Shown: positions 14,681 through 23,043 of the stretch, piece by piece
Layout of the letters: every line of letters begins with the position of its first letter
Numbering within the stretch: position 1 is the stretch's first letter
NCBI GenBank assembly: GCA_050010115.1
Contig: JBEKLQ010000002.1
Span: 46,741 to 110,740, forward strand
Length of the DNA stretch: 64,000 nucleotides
Direction: 5' to 3'
Source: Acidimicrobiales bacterium
GTDB lineage: Bacteria > Actinomycetota > Acidimicrobiia > Acidimicrobiales > Bog-793
Position numbers and translations under genes: made by a program
The notes under the pieces: generated by a model
What the model saw: the letters and a program-made list of their open reading frames with translations, nothing else
Database searches by the model: none
Told to the model about the DNA's origin: nothing

Positions 14681-16257
14681 GGCTTCAGGCCGAGGTCGTC
14701 GGCGATCACCTGCAACGCGTTGTAGGCCGGGCCGAACGTGATGAACCCATGTGGGTGCTGGGTGGACCCTGCCAGGTAAAGAGCGTCGATCGGGGTCCGG
14801 TACTGGGAGAGCTCGGGCAGCGGCCGCTGGTCGAGCAAGTTGTCGAGGCTGATCTCGCCCATCATCCAGTCGCCCCCGACCATGTTGACCATCTTCCGGG
14901 CGATCTCGAGCGGGGTGTAGGGCGCCCAGTCCAAGATGACATCGTCGGTGATGTTCGGCGCGTACCGCCGCCATGCCCTGATGCAGCGCTCCCCGTACCA
15001 GCGGGCGATCGAGTCCCACTCCCCCTCCCCGCCGTCGGCCAGGGCAAAGGGTGCGAACTGGCGCAGCAGGCCGGTGAAGTGCCCGGCTGGCGCGTCGGTC
15101 GGATCGTAGAGCGTGTTCACCGCGGCGTTCGGGCGGGGGTCCGGGAGTAGGCCGCTTCGCACCAGCCTCCAGTCTTCGTCGAGATCCGCCGGCGACCCGT
15201 AGCCCAGGTTCACCACCCACGCCCGGTCGACGTCGGGGTCGAAGGAGGCCGCTTCGTAGGCGGGCGGAGCGGTCATCGCCAGATGCACGGAGAACAACGT
15301 CCAGTCCTTGTGCTTGACCGCCGTCTTCACGCGCTCGGCCAACTCGGGTGGCACGTCGCCGGGGTTCAGGAAGCGGAGAAAGGTCTGTTCGACGTCGACG
15401 GTCGACGCGACGAGCTTTCGCGCCACGAGCTCGGTGCCGTCCGAGAGCCGCACGCCGACCGCCCGATTCCCGTCGACCACGATGTGGTCGACCTCGGCGT
15501 CGCTGATCATGGTCCCGCCGTGCTGAGCGAGATCCCGCCACAAGGCGTGGGCGATGCGGTGCGACCCGCCGACGCAAAGGTGCCAGTTGTCGATCTTGCC
15601 GACGAGGAGCGGGAAGCCGATCGCAAGGCCTTTGACGTCGGTCGTGTAGCCGCAGATGGCGGCGTGGAAAGCAAGGTGCGCCTTGATCTTCGGGTGCTTG
15701 AAGTGCTGGTCGAGGAACTCGTCGATCGACTCTCGGCGGAGCTTCACCGACAGGAACTCGGAGCGCTCGTCGACGCCGAAGCTCGCGAGTGCCTTCGTCA
15801 GCTCCTTCACCGACATCGGAGGCTGGTACATGAGCGTGCCGAGCAGGAGATCGACGTAGCCGTGCGCCTCGAGGTGGAGACGGCGGAACGTCTCGGCGTC
15901 CTCCTCGTCGAAGCGGGCCATCGACTCCACGGTCCGCTCCAAATCGGCGTGCACGGTGAGCGCCGTCCCGTCGTCGAAGACCGAGGCCATCTGCACCTCC
16001 GGGCGGACGTACTCGGCGCCGTGGCGGCGAATCTCGAGGTCGCGCACCGGCGGGGCGAGATCGACGAAGGTGTGGTAGTTGGCATGCACGTTGTGGAGGA
16101 AGCCCGAGAGCGTGAGCTCCTCGGTGGAAAGCCCCCCACCCTCTTCATGACGGCGTTCCAGGACGACGGTGTCGAGCCCGCTCCGGGCGAGATAGGCGCC
16201 GAGCGTCAGTCCGTTGTGGCCCGCACCGACGATGATCGCGTCGTAGGTCTCACGCAT
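14662..16257 (-). CDS. CrtI/phytoene-desaturase-family FAD-dependent oxidoreductase, paralog 1
   Basis: YDAIIVGAGHNGLTLGAYLARSGLDTVVLERRHEEGGG (Rossmann GxGxxG plus acidic end). C-terminal …IDALYLAGSTQHPHG…. ATG at 16257 (MRETYD…). 8-nt overlap with the upstream SCP2 gene. Confidence 0.85.
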   Translation of the reverse strand: MRETYDAIIVGAGHNGLTLGAYLARSGLDTVVLERRHEEGGGLSTEELTLSGFLHNVHANYHTFVDLAPPVRDLEIRRHGAEYVRPEVQMASVFDDGTALTVHADLERTVESMARFDEEDAETFRRLHLEAHGYVDLLLGTLMYQPPMSVKELTKALASFGVDERSEFLSVKLRRESIDEFLDQHFKHPKIKAHLAFHAAICGYTTDVKGLAIGFPLLVGKIDNWHLCVGGSHRIAHALWRDLAQHGGTMISDAEVDHIVVDGNRAVGVRLSDGTELVARKLVASTVDVEQTFLRFLNPGDVPPELAERVKTAVKHKDWTLFSVHLAMTAPPAYEAASFDPDVDRAWVVNLGYGSPADLDEDWRLVRSGLLPDPRPNAAVNTLYDPTDAPAGHFTGLLRQFAPFALADGGEGEWDSIARWYGERCIRAWRRYAPNITDDVILDWAPYTPLEIARKMVNMVGGDWMMGEISLDNLLDQRPLPELSQYRTPIDALYLAGSTQHPHGFITFGPAYNALQVIADDLGLKPWWRRI

Positions 16258-16714
16258 TGGCTGTCTCGCACCCGAGCACGTACGGGGGGGCACCTCGTGG
16301 CCAGGTCGTCTCGATGGTTCGGTATGCCTCGAGGAGCGCCTTCACGTGGTCGGCCTGGCGCATGAGGAAGCGCATGTCTCCCCGGACCCGGATGGTCCCC
16401 TTGAGGGCGGCGTCGATCGGGTCCAACAGCCCGGCGGCGACCTCGTCAAAAGCGGCCGCCGGTCCGAGGAACCTGAAGCTCAGCTCCTGCGTCTCGTCCG
16501 GCTCGCCTTCGCGGTACCACGAGCACTGACCGTCGTCGATCTGGACGAGGAAGTGGCGCTCCCCGCCCGCTTCCACGTACGGGGACACGGCGTCGCCGAC
16601 GATGTCGACCGCGATCAGTATGGAGCCCTTCGGCACTTCTCGAAGGTTCGCCACCCTGACGTTGATCGCGGCGCGCACCGCTTCGAACCACTCCTCGGTG
16701 TAGACGTCGGCCAT
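16250..16714 (-). CDS. SCP2 sterol-binding-domain protein
   Basis: 154 aa: MADVYTEEWFEAVRAAIN…ILIAVDIVGD…HFLVQIDDGQ…FRFLGPAAAFDEVAAGLLDPIDAALKGTIRVRGDMRFLM. This is a typical SCP2 pattern. The TGATG junction at 16714 links it to the upstream gene. Confidence 0.8.
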   Translation of the reverse strand: MADVYTEEWFEAVRAAINVRVANLREVPKGSILIAVDIVGDAVSPYVEAGGERHFLVQIDDGQCSWYREGEPDETQELSFRFLGPAAAFDEVAAGLLDPIDAALKGTIRVRGDMRFLMRQADHVKALLEAYRTIETTWPRGAPPYVLGCETANA

Positions 16715-18336
16715 CAGTACGACCTCCCCTCCGCGACCGGGCTCGGCAAGCCGAGGTCTTCGGCGATGACCTTGTAGGCGTTGTAACCACAGGCCGAGTG
16801 CACGCCTCCACCCGGGTGGGACGAGGGCCCGCAGAAGTACAGGCCTCCGATCTCCGCCCGATAGCTCGAAGCCTCCGGGAACGGACGGTTCACCCCGAGC
16901 TGATCGGGGGCGAACTCTCCATTGGAGAAGTCGCCCTCCCGCATCAGGTTCTTGCGTTCGATCTGATCCGGTGTGTACAGCTTGTGAGCCATGACGTTGG
17001 CGGGGGTCATGTTCGGAGCGGACTCGCGCCAGGTAGCGAGGAACCTGTCGTTGTAACTCGCGCGAACTTCTGCCCACTCGTCGGCGGAGAGCGCGCTGGC
17101 AGGCGGAAGGAAGTACCACCCGGTCGCCGCGTGGTAGTTCGGCGGCGCCTGGGCCGCGTCCCAGATCGAGTTGACCCACGTTGCCGCTTTCGGCTCGGGG
17201 AGCTTGCCGCTGTAGGCGTCGCGAATGTAGGCGAGCATGTCCGCCGCGCTGTCGTAGCCCACGAGCGTGTAGAAACACCGGTCGATGTCGGGGTTCCAGG
17301 CGGCCGACTTGTAGGCTGGCGCCTCGTGGATGCAGAACATCGGGGTGCCGAGCACGTGGCTCGGGCCATAGCGGAACGCCTTCGCCCTCCGGACCCAACG
17401 GTCGCTCAGGTGTTCCTCACCCACCAACTCGAGCAGCGTCTGGCGGATGTCGGCATTGGACGCGACGAGCCGCTCTGCCCGGATTTCCCGGCCACCTCGC
17501 ACCCGCACCCCGACGGCGCGCTCATCCTCGACGAGGATTCGTTCCACCGCCGTGTTCTCGATGAGGTCGACCCCTTCGCGGTAGCAGACCTGTGTCATCG
17601 CCTTGGCGAGCGTGTGGGTCCCTCCCCGGCACAGCTTCCAGTTGCCGAGCGTCCACATCACATAGGTGAGGAAGCCGATCCCCAGCCCTTCCGTATCGAT
17701 CGGTAAGCCCCACTCGACGGAGCAACGGTAGAGCAGCGCCCGGACCTCCGGCGTCTCGAACAGCTCGTCGATGACGACCTTGGGGGACTTGACGGCGAAA
17801 TGGGCTCCGACACCGAGGTCACCCCAACCGAGCTCGAGGGTGGCTCCTTCGCTGTTGCGGTCGATCGGCTTCGGTGGGTTGTAGAGATCCGTCGCGACAA
17901 GTTCCTCCACCTCCACCGCCCGGCGCTTCAACTCGACGAACGTATCCGCGTCCACCTTCGAGTACGCGGCGATGCTCTCGCGTGTCCGCTCGAGGAGGTC
18001 CGGTCGGTACACGATGATCGGCGGCCGCCCGTCCGCGAACGCGATCCCGGCCTGCGCTTCGGGCATGACCGTCCGCAGTCCGACCTCCTCCAGACCGAAG
18101 TCCCGGATCATCGGCATGATGTCGAAGAACTCCATGTACTGGGCGTGCATGTTGTGCCGGAAGCCTGGCAGCACGGGCTCCTCGGTGTTCACGCCACCGC
18201 CTTCTTCGTGACGACGTTCGATGACCACTGTGGAGAGGCCCGCTCGCTGTAGGTACGCGGCAAGGCAGAGCCCGTTGTGCCCGGCCCCGATGACGACGGC
18301 GTCGTAGGTCGTCGTGATCGAAGTGGTGTCGCTCAT
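16714..18336 (-). CDS. CrtI/phytoene-desaturase-family FAD-dependent oxidoreductase, paralog 2
   Basis: YDAVVIGAGHNGLCLAAYLQRAGLSTVVIERRHEEGGG. C-terminal …IGGLYFCGPSSHPGGG…. ATG at 18336 preceded by GAAGGGA. Confidence 0.85.
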   Translation of the reverse strand: MSDTTSITTTYDAVVIGAGHNGLCLAAYLQRAGLSTVVIERRHEEGGGVNTEEPVLPGFRHNMHAQYMEFFDIMPMIRDFGLEEVGLRTVMPEAQAGIAFADGRPPIIVYRPDLLERTRESIAAYSKVDADTFVELKRRAVEVEELVATDLYNPPKPIDRNSEGATLELGWGDLGVGAHFAVKSPKVVIDELFETPEVRALLYRCSVEWGLPIDTEGLGIGFLTYVMWTLGNWKLCRGGTHTLAKAMTQVCYREGVDLIENTAVERILVEDERAVGVRVRGGREIRAERLVASNADIRQTLLELVGEEHLSDRWVRRAKAFRYGPSHVLGTPMFCIHEAPAYKSAAWNPDIDRCFYTLVGYDSAADMLAYIRDAYSGKLPEPKAATWVNSIWDAAQAPPNYHAATGWYFLPPASALSADEWAEVRASYNDRFLATWRESAPNMTPANVMAHKLYTPDQIERKNLMREGDFSNGEFAPDQLGVNRPFPEASSYRAEIGGLYFCGPSSHPGGGVHSACGYNAYKVIAEDLGLPSPVAEGRSY

Positions 18337-18347
18337 CGCACGTCCCT

Positions 18348-18752
18348 TCAACCGGCCCGGAGACCGCCGCCGAAGCCGCCGGCGGCTCGTGACCCAACGG
18401 CGGGCTTGCCGTCGCTGGCGGAACCGAACTTCTCGGCCGTTTCGAGCTTCTCGGCCCTCTCTCGGCGCCCTGTCTTCTCGGCCTTGTCGACCTTCCCATC
18501 CCCCAGCGTCTCGGACGGATGGGCCTTGCGGTGGAAGATCCAGCGGGCGCCGAGCCCGAGCGTGTGGCGGTTGACGCCGACACGGAGCATCCCGGGGATG
18601 TCACCTGGCGCGATGCGGATCGAGAAGTCCCAGGTCACCGGTTCATGAATCGTGCCCTCGATGACCACTTCGTTGCCATCCCGCTTGATCTCGTACTCGC
18701 GGAAGTCCATGACGAGCTCTCTGCGGCCAAGGCCGCGTGAACGAAGTTTCAT
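18348..18752 (-). CDS. Small hypothetical protein (compact N-domain plus K/E-rich and G-rich tail)
   Basis: ATG at 18752 overlaps the stop of the upstream flavoprotein (ATGA, 18749-18752). Sequence: …MDFREYEIKRDGNEVVIEGTIHEPVTWDFSIRIAPGDIPG…KVDKAEKTGRRERAEKLETAEKF…GGFGGG. No family recognised. Confidence 0.55.
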   Translation of the reverse strand: MKLRSRGLGRRELVMDFREYEIKRDGNEVVIEGTIHEPVTWDFSIRIAPGDIPGMLRVGVNRHTLGLGARWIFHRKAHPSETLGDGKVDKAEKTGRRERAEKLETAEKFGSASDGKPAVGSRAAGGFGGGLRAG

Positions 18753-20407
18753 GCGAGGTAGGCCTCCTGGTATCGCTGAACGAATCGGGGCATCTGCCAC
18801 CATCGGTTGGCCGCGAGGTCGTCCACGACCGAGCCGGCGGCGATGTAGCCGGGCCCGCCGATCACGAGCCCGCCCGGGTACGAGGAGGCACCGCAAAGAT
18901 AGAGGCCTTCGATCGGCGCCCGTCCGCCGATGCAGCTGTCATGGGGCCGGAACACGCCCATCTGGAGCGGGTCGTAGTGCCCGTGCTTGATCGACCCGCG
19001 AACCATGTTGGGCAAGCGGGTCTCGATGTCGAGAGGGCTCTCTGCGTTCATCATCACGACGTTCTCCGCCGTGAGGTTCGGGGCGTACTCGCCCCACCGC
19101 TCGAGCAGCGACGCCGCCAGGTCCTGGCGACGGGCTTCCCAGCCACCGGTGACGTCATAGGGGGCGTGAATCTGCAGGAACCCCACGTGATGGCCGGGCA
19201 CTCGCGGCAGCGTCGGGTCGTACCTCGTCTCGATGGTGGCGTGACCTCCGGGCGCCTGGTCGAGATTTCCTGCCGCGACCGCCCTCCATTGGTCGAGCAG
19301 CTCGTCCGTCGAATCGAAACCCAGCACCGTCATGAACGCATCGTCCACCCATGGATCGTCGGAGCGGTACGAGGGAGCCTGCTTGCAGGCGACCGTGAGG
19401 GTGAAGAACGACCAGCGGTCCCACTCCCACCGCTCCGCTGTCCGGCGCAACTCGGCAGGGACCCACTCCTCTTCGATCAGCTCGCCGAAGGTCTGCGGAG
19501 GCGGGAGGCTCGAGAGCACGGCCTTCGCCCGGATGACATGACCGTCGAACAGTTCGACGCCGGTCACGTGGCCCTCCGTCACCAGGATCTGTGTCACCTC
19601 GGCGTTGTCGATCACCACTCCGCCCGCCCGGTGGATCTCTCTCGACAACGCGCCGGCGAGCTTGTGCGACCCGCCGTAGCAGACGGCCTTGTTCATGGCA
19701 CGGTCGACCAGCATCGGCACCATGAACCCCAGCCCGCTGTCTTCCGGGTCGAGCCCCCACATGCAGGCCACGTAGAGGAGGAGCATCTTCAGGCGGTCGT
19801 CCTCGAAGAGCTCGTCGATGATCTCGACGGGCGACATCTCGGTCAGCCGCAACGCCTCTTTCCCCACCTCCGTGCGCTCGAGAGCCTCGATCATGTCGAT
19901 CGGGTGCAAGGGCGGCAGGTACGTCCCCGGCGCGACCACCTCCTCGACGATCCGTCGCCACGTCCGCATCACACGTCCGAAGGCGCGGGCGTCGGTTGGG
20001 GAGCGCTTCGCGATCGAGTCCTTCGTGTCCTCGATCTGGTGGCACAGGAGGAGGCTCGTCCCGTCCCGGAAGACCGCCGCGGTCTGCGCGTTCGGCTTGA
20101 CGAACGTGAGTCCGTGCTGGGAAAGGTCGAAGTCCCGGAGCACGGGCATGTAGTCGGTCATCATGTGGTAGACGGCGTGGGTGTTCGTATAGAAACCCGG
20201 GAAGAGCGTCTCCTCGGTCGCGAGGCCTCCCCCGATCTCGTGGCGCCGTTCGACCAGCACGGTTCGCAGGCCGGCCCGCGCGAGGTAGGCGGCTGCGATG
20301 AGCCCGTTCGGGCCGCCGCCGACGACGCACACGTCGGCGTCGTACTCGTGGGGGAACTCCTCGAGGATCTTCTCAGTTGGCTCGATGCCGTAGCTCCGGC
20401 GGGTCAT
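18749..20407 (-). CDS. CrtI/phytoene-desaturase-family FAD-dependent oxidoreductase, paralog 3
   Basis: Internal ATG at 20407 (MTRRSYGIEPTEK…). ADVCVVGGGPNGLIAAAYLARAGLRTVLVERRHEIGGG. C-terminal …IEGLYLCGASSYPGG…. ATGA overlap with paralog 4 (20404-20407). Confidence 0.85.
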   Translation of the reverse strand: MTRRSYGIEPTEKILEEFPHEYDADVCVVGGGPNGLIAAAYLARAGLRTVLVERRHEIGGGLATEETLFPGFYTNTHAVYHMMTDYMPVLRDFDLSQHGLTFVKPNAQTAAVFRDGTSLLLCHQIEDTKDSIAKRSPTDARAFGRVMRTWRRIVEEVVAPGTYLPPLHPIDMIEALERTEVGKEALRLTEMSPVEIIDELFEDDRLKMLLLYVACMWGLDPEDSGLGFMVPMLVDRAMNKAVCYGGSHKLAGALSREIHRAGGVVIDNAEVTQILVTEGHVTGVELFDGHVIRAKAVLSSLPPPQTFGELIEEEWVPAELRRTAERWEWDRWSFFTLTVACKQAPSYRSDDPWVDDAFMTVLGFDSTDELLDQWRAVAAGNLDQAPGGHATIETRYDPTLPRVPGHHVGFLQIHAPYDVTGGWEARRQDLAASLLERWGEYAPNLTAENVVMMNAESPLDIETRLPNMVRGSIKHGHYDPLQMGVFRPHDSCIGGRAPIEGLYLCGASSYPGGLVIGGPGYIAAGSVVDDLAANRWWQMPRFVQRYQEAYLA

Positions 20408-22152
20408 GACACCCCTCCGGCGACCGACGCCAGCTTCGCGTCCGTGCCCGACTCGGACCGCGAGCCCGGCTTGGCAGCGTCGGAGATGTACCACTCCGAC
20501 GGGTACCACCAGCTCGCCGGTTCCACGATGCCGTCGTCGATGAGGATGTGCATGAGGTTGTACGGGACCGCCATCAAGCAGAGCCCACCCGGATGCGACG
20601 TCTGGTTGCACAGGTAGAGACCGTCGATGGGCGTCCGGTAACGCGACAGCTCGGGCAGCGGCCGGCTCGAGAACCACTGGTCCTCCGACTGCCGGATCGC
20701 ATACCAGTTCCCTCCGCTCATGCCCGCGTTCCGGAACTCCGAGTCATACGGCGTGTTCACGAAGACATCGACGATGTTGTCCGAACCCATGTTCGGGGCC
20801 ATTCGTTCGAGGAGCGCGAGCGCAGCCTTCGTGATCTCGTCCTTGTGGCGGTTGATGCCCTCCGGCCCGGTCACGTCGTACTGAGGGGGCGGCACCTCCA
20901 GATACACCGGTGAGAGCAGGTGGTAACCGTCAGGGGTGCGGGTCTCGTCGTAGGGGTCGTGGGTGACGATCATCATCGTGAGGTGCTCGGGCGAGAGTTC
21001 CGGGCTCCGCCGGAGCGAGTAGGCGTCACGCGTCTGGGCGTGGAAGAACTCCATCGAGTCAGCTGGCGCCATCACACACGAGGGGTACACGTCCTCGGGG
21101 AAGGCGTCGGGCCGGCCGTGGTACTTCGGCAGCTCACGGCAGAGCACGTGCATGACGAACAGGCTGCCGCCCTTGAGCGAGATGTCCTTGACGCGCTGGG
21201 TGAAGCCGACGTCGAGGTGCTGCCGGCCGATGAGGTTCAGGAACGTCGTCTTCACGTCCACGCCCGAGACAACGGCCTTGTCGGCCCAGATCGTCTTCTC
21301 GGGGAAGGCCGCCTCGTCCGAGAGGCGGACGCCCACGGCCCGGCCGTTCTGCACGATGATCTCGCCCACCGGTGCATTCGCGAGGATGCGCGCACCGTGT
21401 GCCAGCGCGCAGCGGATGATGGAGTGTGCGTAGGCGTGCATGCCGCCGCGGGGCGACCCCGACGCGTAACCGACCAGCATCCCGCCGCCCATGGACGGCA
21501 GGAGCATCCCGTCCCAGTCGGGATGCGCTCCGCAGTACCAGGCAGCGAAGGCTGCGGCCACCCGCGCCGGCTCCCACGGCACGAACTCGTCGAGGAAGTC
21601 GGTGTAGCTCATATCGAGCAGTCGCGGGCTGTAGAGCCCGGGCAGGTGCTTTCGGAAGACGTTCCACCACGGCAGGTCCCCGGCCTCGACCTCGAGCTCG
21701 GGTGGGTGCGGCGGCGTCCAGAACAGGGCTCTCAGCAGCTCACGCAGCGATGGCTCGTCGAGGGCCTCCATCGGGCTGAAGGCGCCTTCGCTGGTCCCGG
21801 CGTACCGTCGGCGCGACTCCTCGCCAATGTCAGGCCGCCAGCGGCTCCCCATGTTGGCGGCGACCCCGTCGAGAGTGACGATGCCCGACAGCGACTGGTA
21901 GTAGACCATCCGGAACCCGTACTTCCACAGCTCGAGCTGATCGAAGCCCGGAGCCGCCCCGCCGTACAGGTAGGTCGCGTGCGGGTCGATCCGGAAGCCC
22001 GGCCTCGGCTCGGTGTTCTCCTGGCCACCGCCGCACTCGGGTCTCGCTTCCAGGACGCACACGCTGAGTCCTGACTTCGCGAGGTAGGCGGCAAGTGTGC
22101 TGCCGTTGTGCCCACCTCCGACGATGACGACGTCGAAGCGCGCATCCTGCAT
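20404..22152 (-). CDS. CrtI/phytoene-desaturase-family FAD-dependent oxidoreductase, paralog 4
   Basis: ATG at 22152 (MQDARFDVVIVGGGHNGSTLAAYLAKSGLSVCVLEARPECGGG) preceded by a GGGGGGA SD. C-terminal …IDGLYLCNQTSHPGG…. Confidence 0.85.
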   Translation of the reverse strand: MQDARFDVVIVGGGHNGSTLAAYLAKSGLSVCVLEARPECGGGQENTEPRPGFRIDPHATYLYGGAAPGFDQLELWKYGFRMVYYQSLSGIVTLDGVAANMGSRWRPDIGEESRRRYAGTSEGAFSPMEALDEPSLRELLRALFWTPPHPPELEVEAGDLPWWNVFRKHLPGLYSPRLLDMSYTDFLDEFVPWEPARVAAAFAAWYCGAHPDWDGMLLPSMGGGMLVGYASGSPRGGMHAYAHSIIRCALAHGARILANAPVGEIIVQNGRAVGVRLSDEAAFPEKTIWADKAVVSGVDVKTTFLNLIGRQHLDVGFTQRVKDISLKGGSLFVMHVLCRELPKYHGRPDAFPEDVYPSCVMAPADSMEFFHAQTRDAYSLRRSPELSPEHLTMMIVTHDPYDETRTPDGYHLLSPVYLEVPPPQYDVTGPEGINRHKDEITKAALALLERMAPNMGSDNIVDVFVNTPYDSEFRNAGMSGGNWYAIRQSEDQWFSSRPLPELSRYRTPIDGLYLCNQTSHPGGLCLMAVPYNLMHILIDDGIVEPASWWYPSEWYISDAAKPGSRSESGTDAKLASVAGGVS

Positions 22153-22229
22153 CGCATCCCCCCAGTCCACGTCGAGCAAGGCCGGCTGGCACGCTTAGGT
22201 TGCCGTCTGCCTCGCGCTTCCGTTATTTC

Positions 22230-22246
22230 CTCGCAAGCCTAGCGAG
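22230..22246. promoter_or_regulatory. 17-bp palindrome CTCGCAAGCCTAGCGAG (candidate Rrf2 operator, site B)
   Basis: 14 of 17 positions are self-complementary. It matches site A (6495-6511) at 14 of 17 positions. It lies in the 212-bp gap between the Rrf2 gene and flavoprotein paralog 4, and contains a minus-strand -10-like TAGGCT (22236-22241). Confidence 0.5.
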
Positions 22247-22364
22247 CTTTTATCGCGGAGGGAAGCCCTGTGGCTCGGCTTCGAAATGGCCCGGAGGATC
22301 CTGGCCGGGCAGGTCGGCCGCAGTGCGGGCGGATGACCGGCGTCCAAGCGGTCGCCTGCTCGGC

Positions 22365-22856
22365 TCAGCTGGCCGTGGGGGCGCGGCCGGCGCGGCGGGC
22401 GGCGGCGGCGGCTTCGCGGCGGGCGGCGAGCTTGGCGATCTCCCGCTCGCGACGCAACGTGTCGGAGAGGCTCGTATGGTCGAGTGCGTTGATGGCCGCC
22501 GAGCGGCCGTGGCTCCACGCAGCGTGGAGGGCGCACTCAGGACGGTGATCGTTGCACCGACGGGAGTCGAGGAGGCAGTGGGAGATCTCCAGGCGGCCCT
22601 CCAGGGACTCGATGATCTCCAGCATGGAGATGTCCTCGGGGTTCCGCGCCAAGGTGCAGCCCCCGTTCCTACCCGGCAAGCAGAGCAGCAAGCCCGAGCG
22701 CGAGAGCAGGTTCATGATCGTCGGCACGTTCCCGGACGAGATCTCGCAAGCCCGAGCCAGGTCCGCGGCGGTCACCCGCTCGCCTCTCGAAAGAGAGGCC
22801 ATGTACAGCATGAGGCGGATGCCGTACTCGCTTCTCTTCGTGAGGGACAGATGCAT
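22365..22856 (-). CDS. Rrf2-family transcriptional regulator (paralog 2, three-Cys Fe-S-type)
   Basis: MHLSLTKRSEYGIRLMLYMA…AADLARACEISSGNVPTIMNLLSRSGLL…GRNGGCTLAR. Cys region C-x6-C-x6-C-x2-H (HCLLDSRRCNDHRPECALH). Start taken at the ATG at 22856; the track start at 22868 is an alternative. Confidence 0.9.
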   Translation of the reverse strand: MHLSLTKRSEYGIRLMLYMASLSRGERVTAADLARACEISSGNVPTIMNLLSRSGLLLCLPGRNGGCTLARNPEDISMLEIIESLEGRLEISHCLLDSRRCNDHRPECALHAAWSHGRSAAINALDHTSLSDTLRREREIAKLAARREAAAAARRAGRAPTAS

Positions 22857-23043
22857 ACCTCGAAACATTAGGTCGGATCGCGAGGATTCCAGTGCCCAGG
22901 CACTTCGCGATCGATGCGACCAGAGAAATTAGCCATTTACACGCTAGAGTTAGAGGCTTCATTGCCCTGCGACCTGTGAGGGAGCAGGAGCATTAGGGGC
23001 AACAGGGGAGGCCAGGCGTGCACGACACGCAGGGGGCAAGCTG

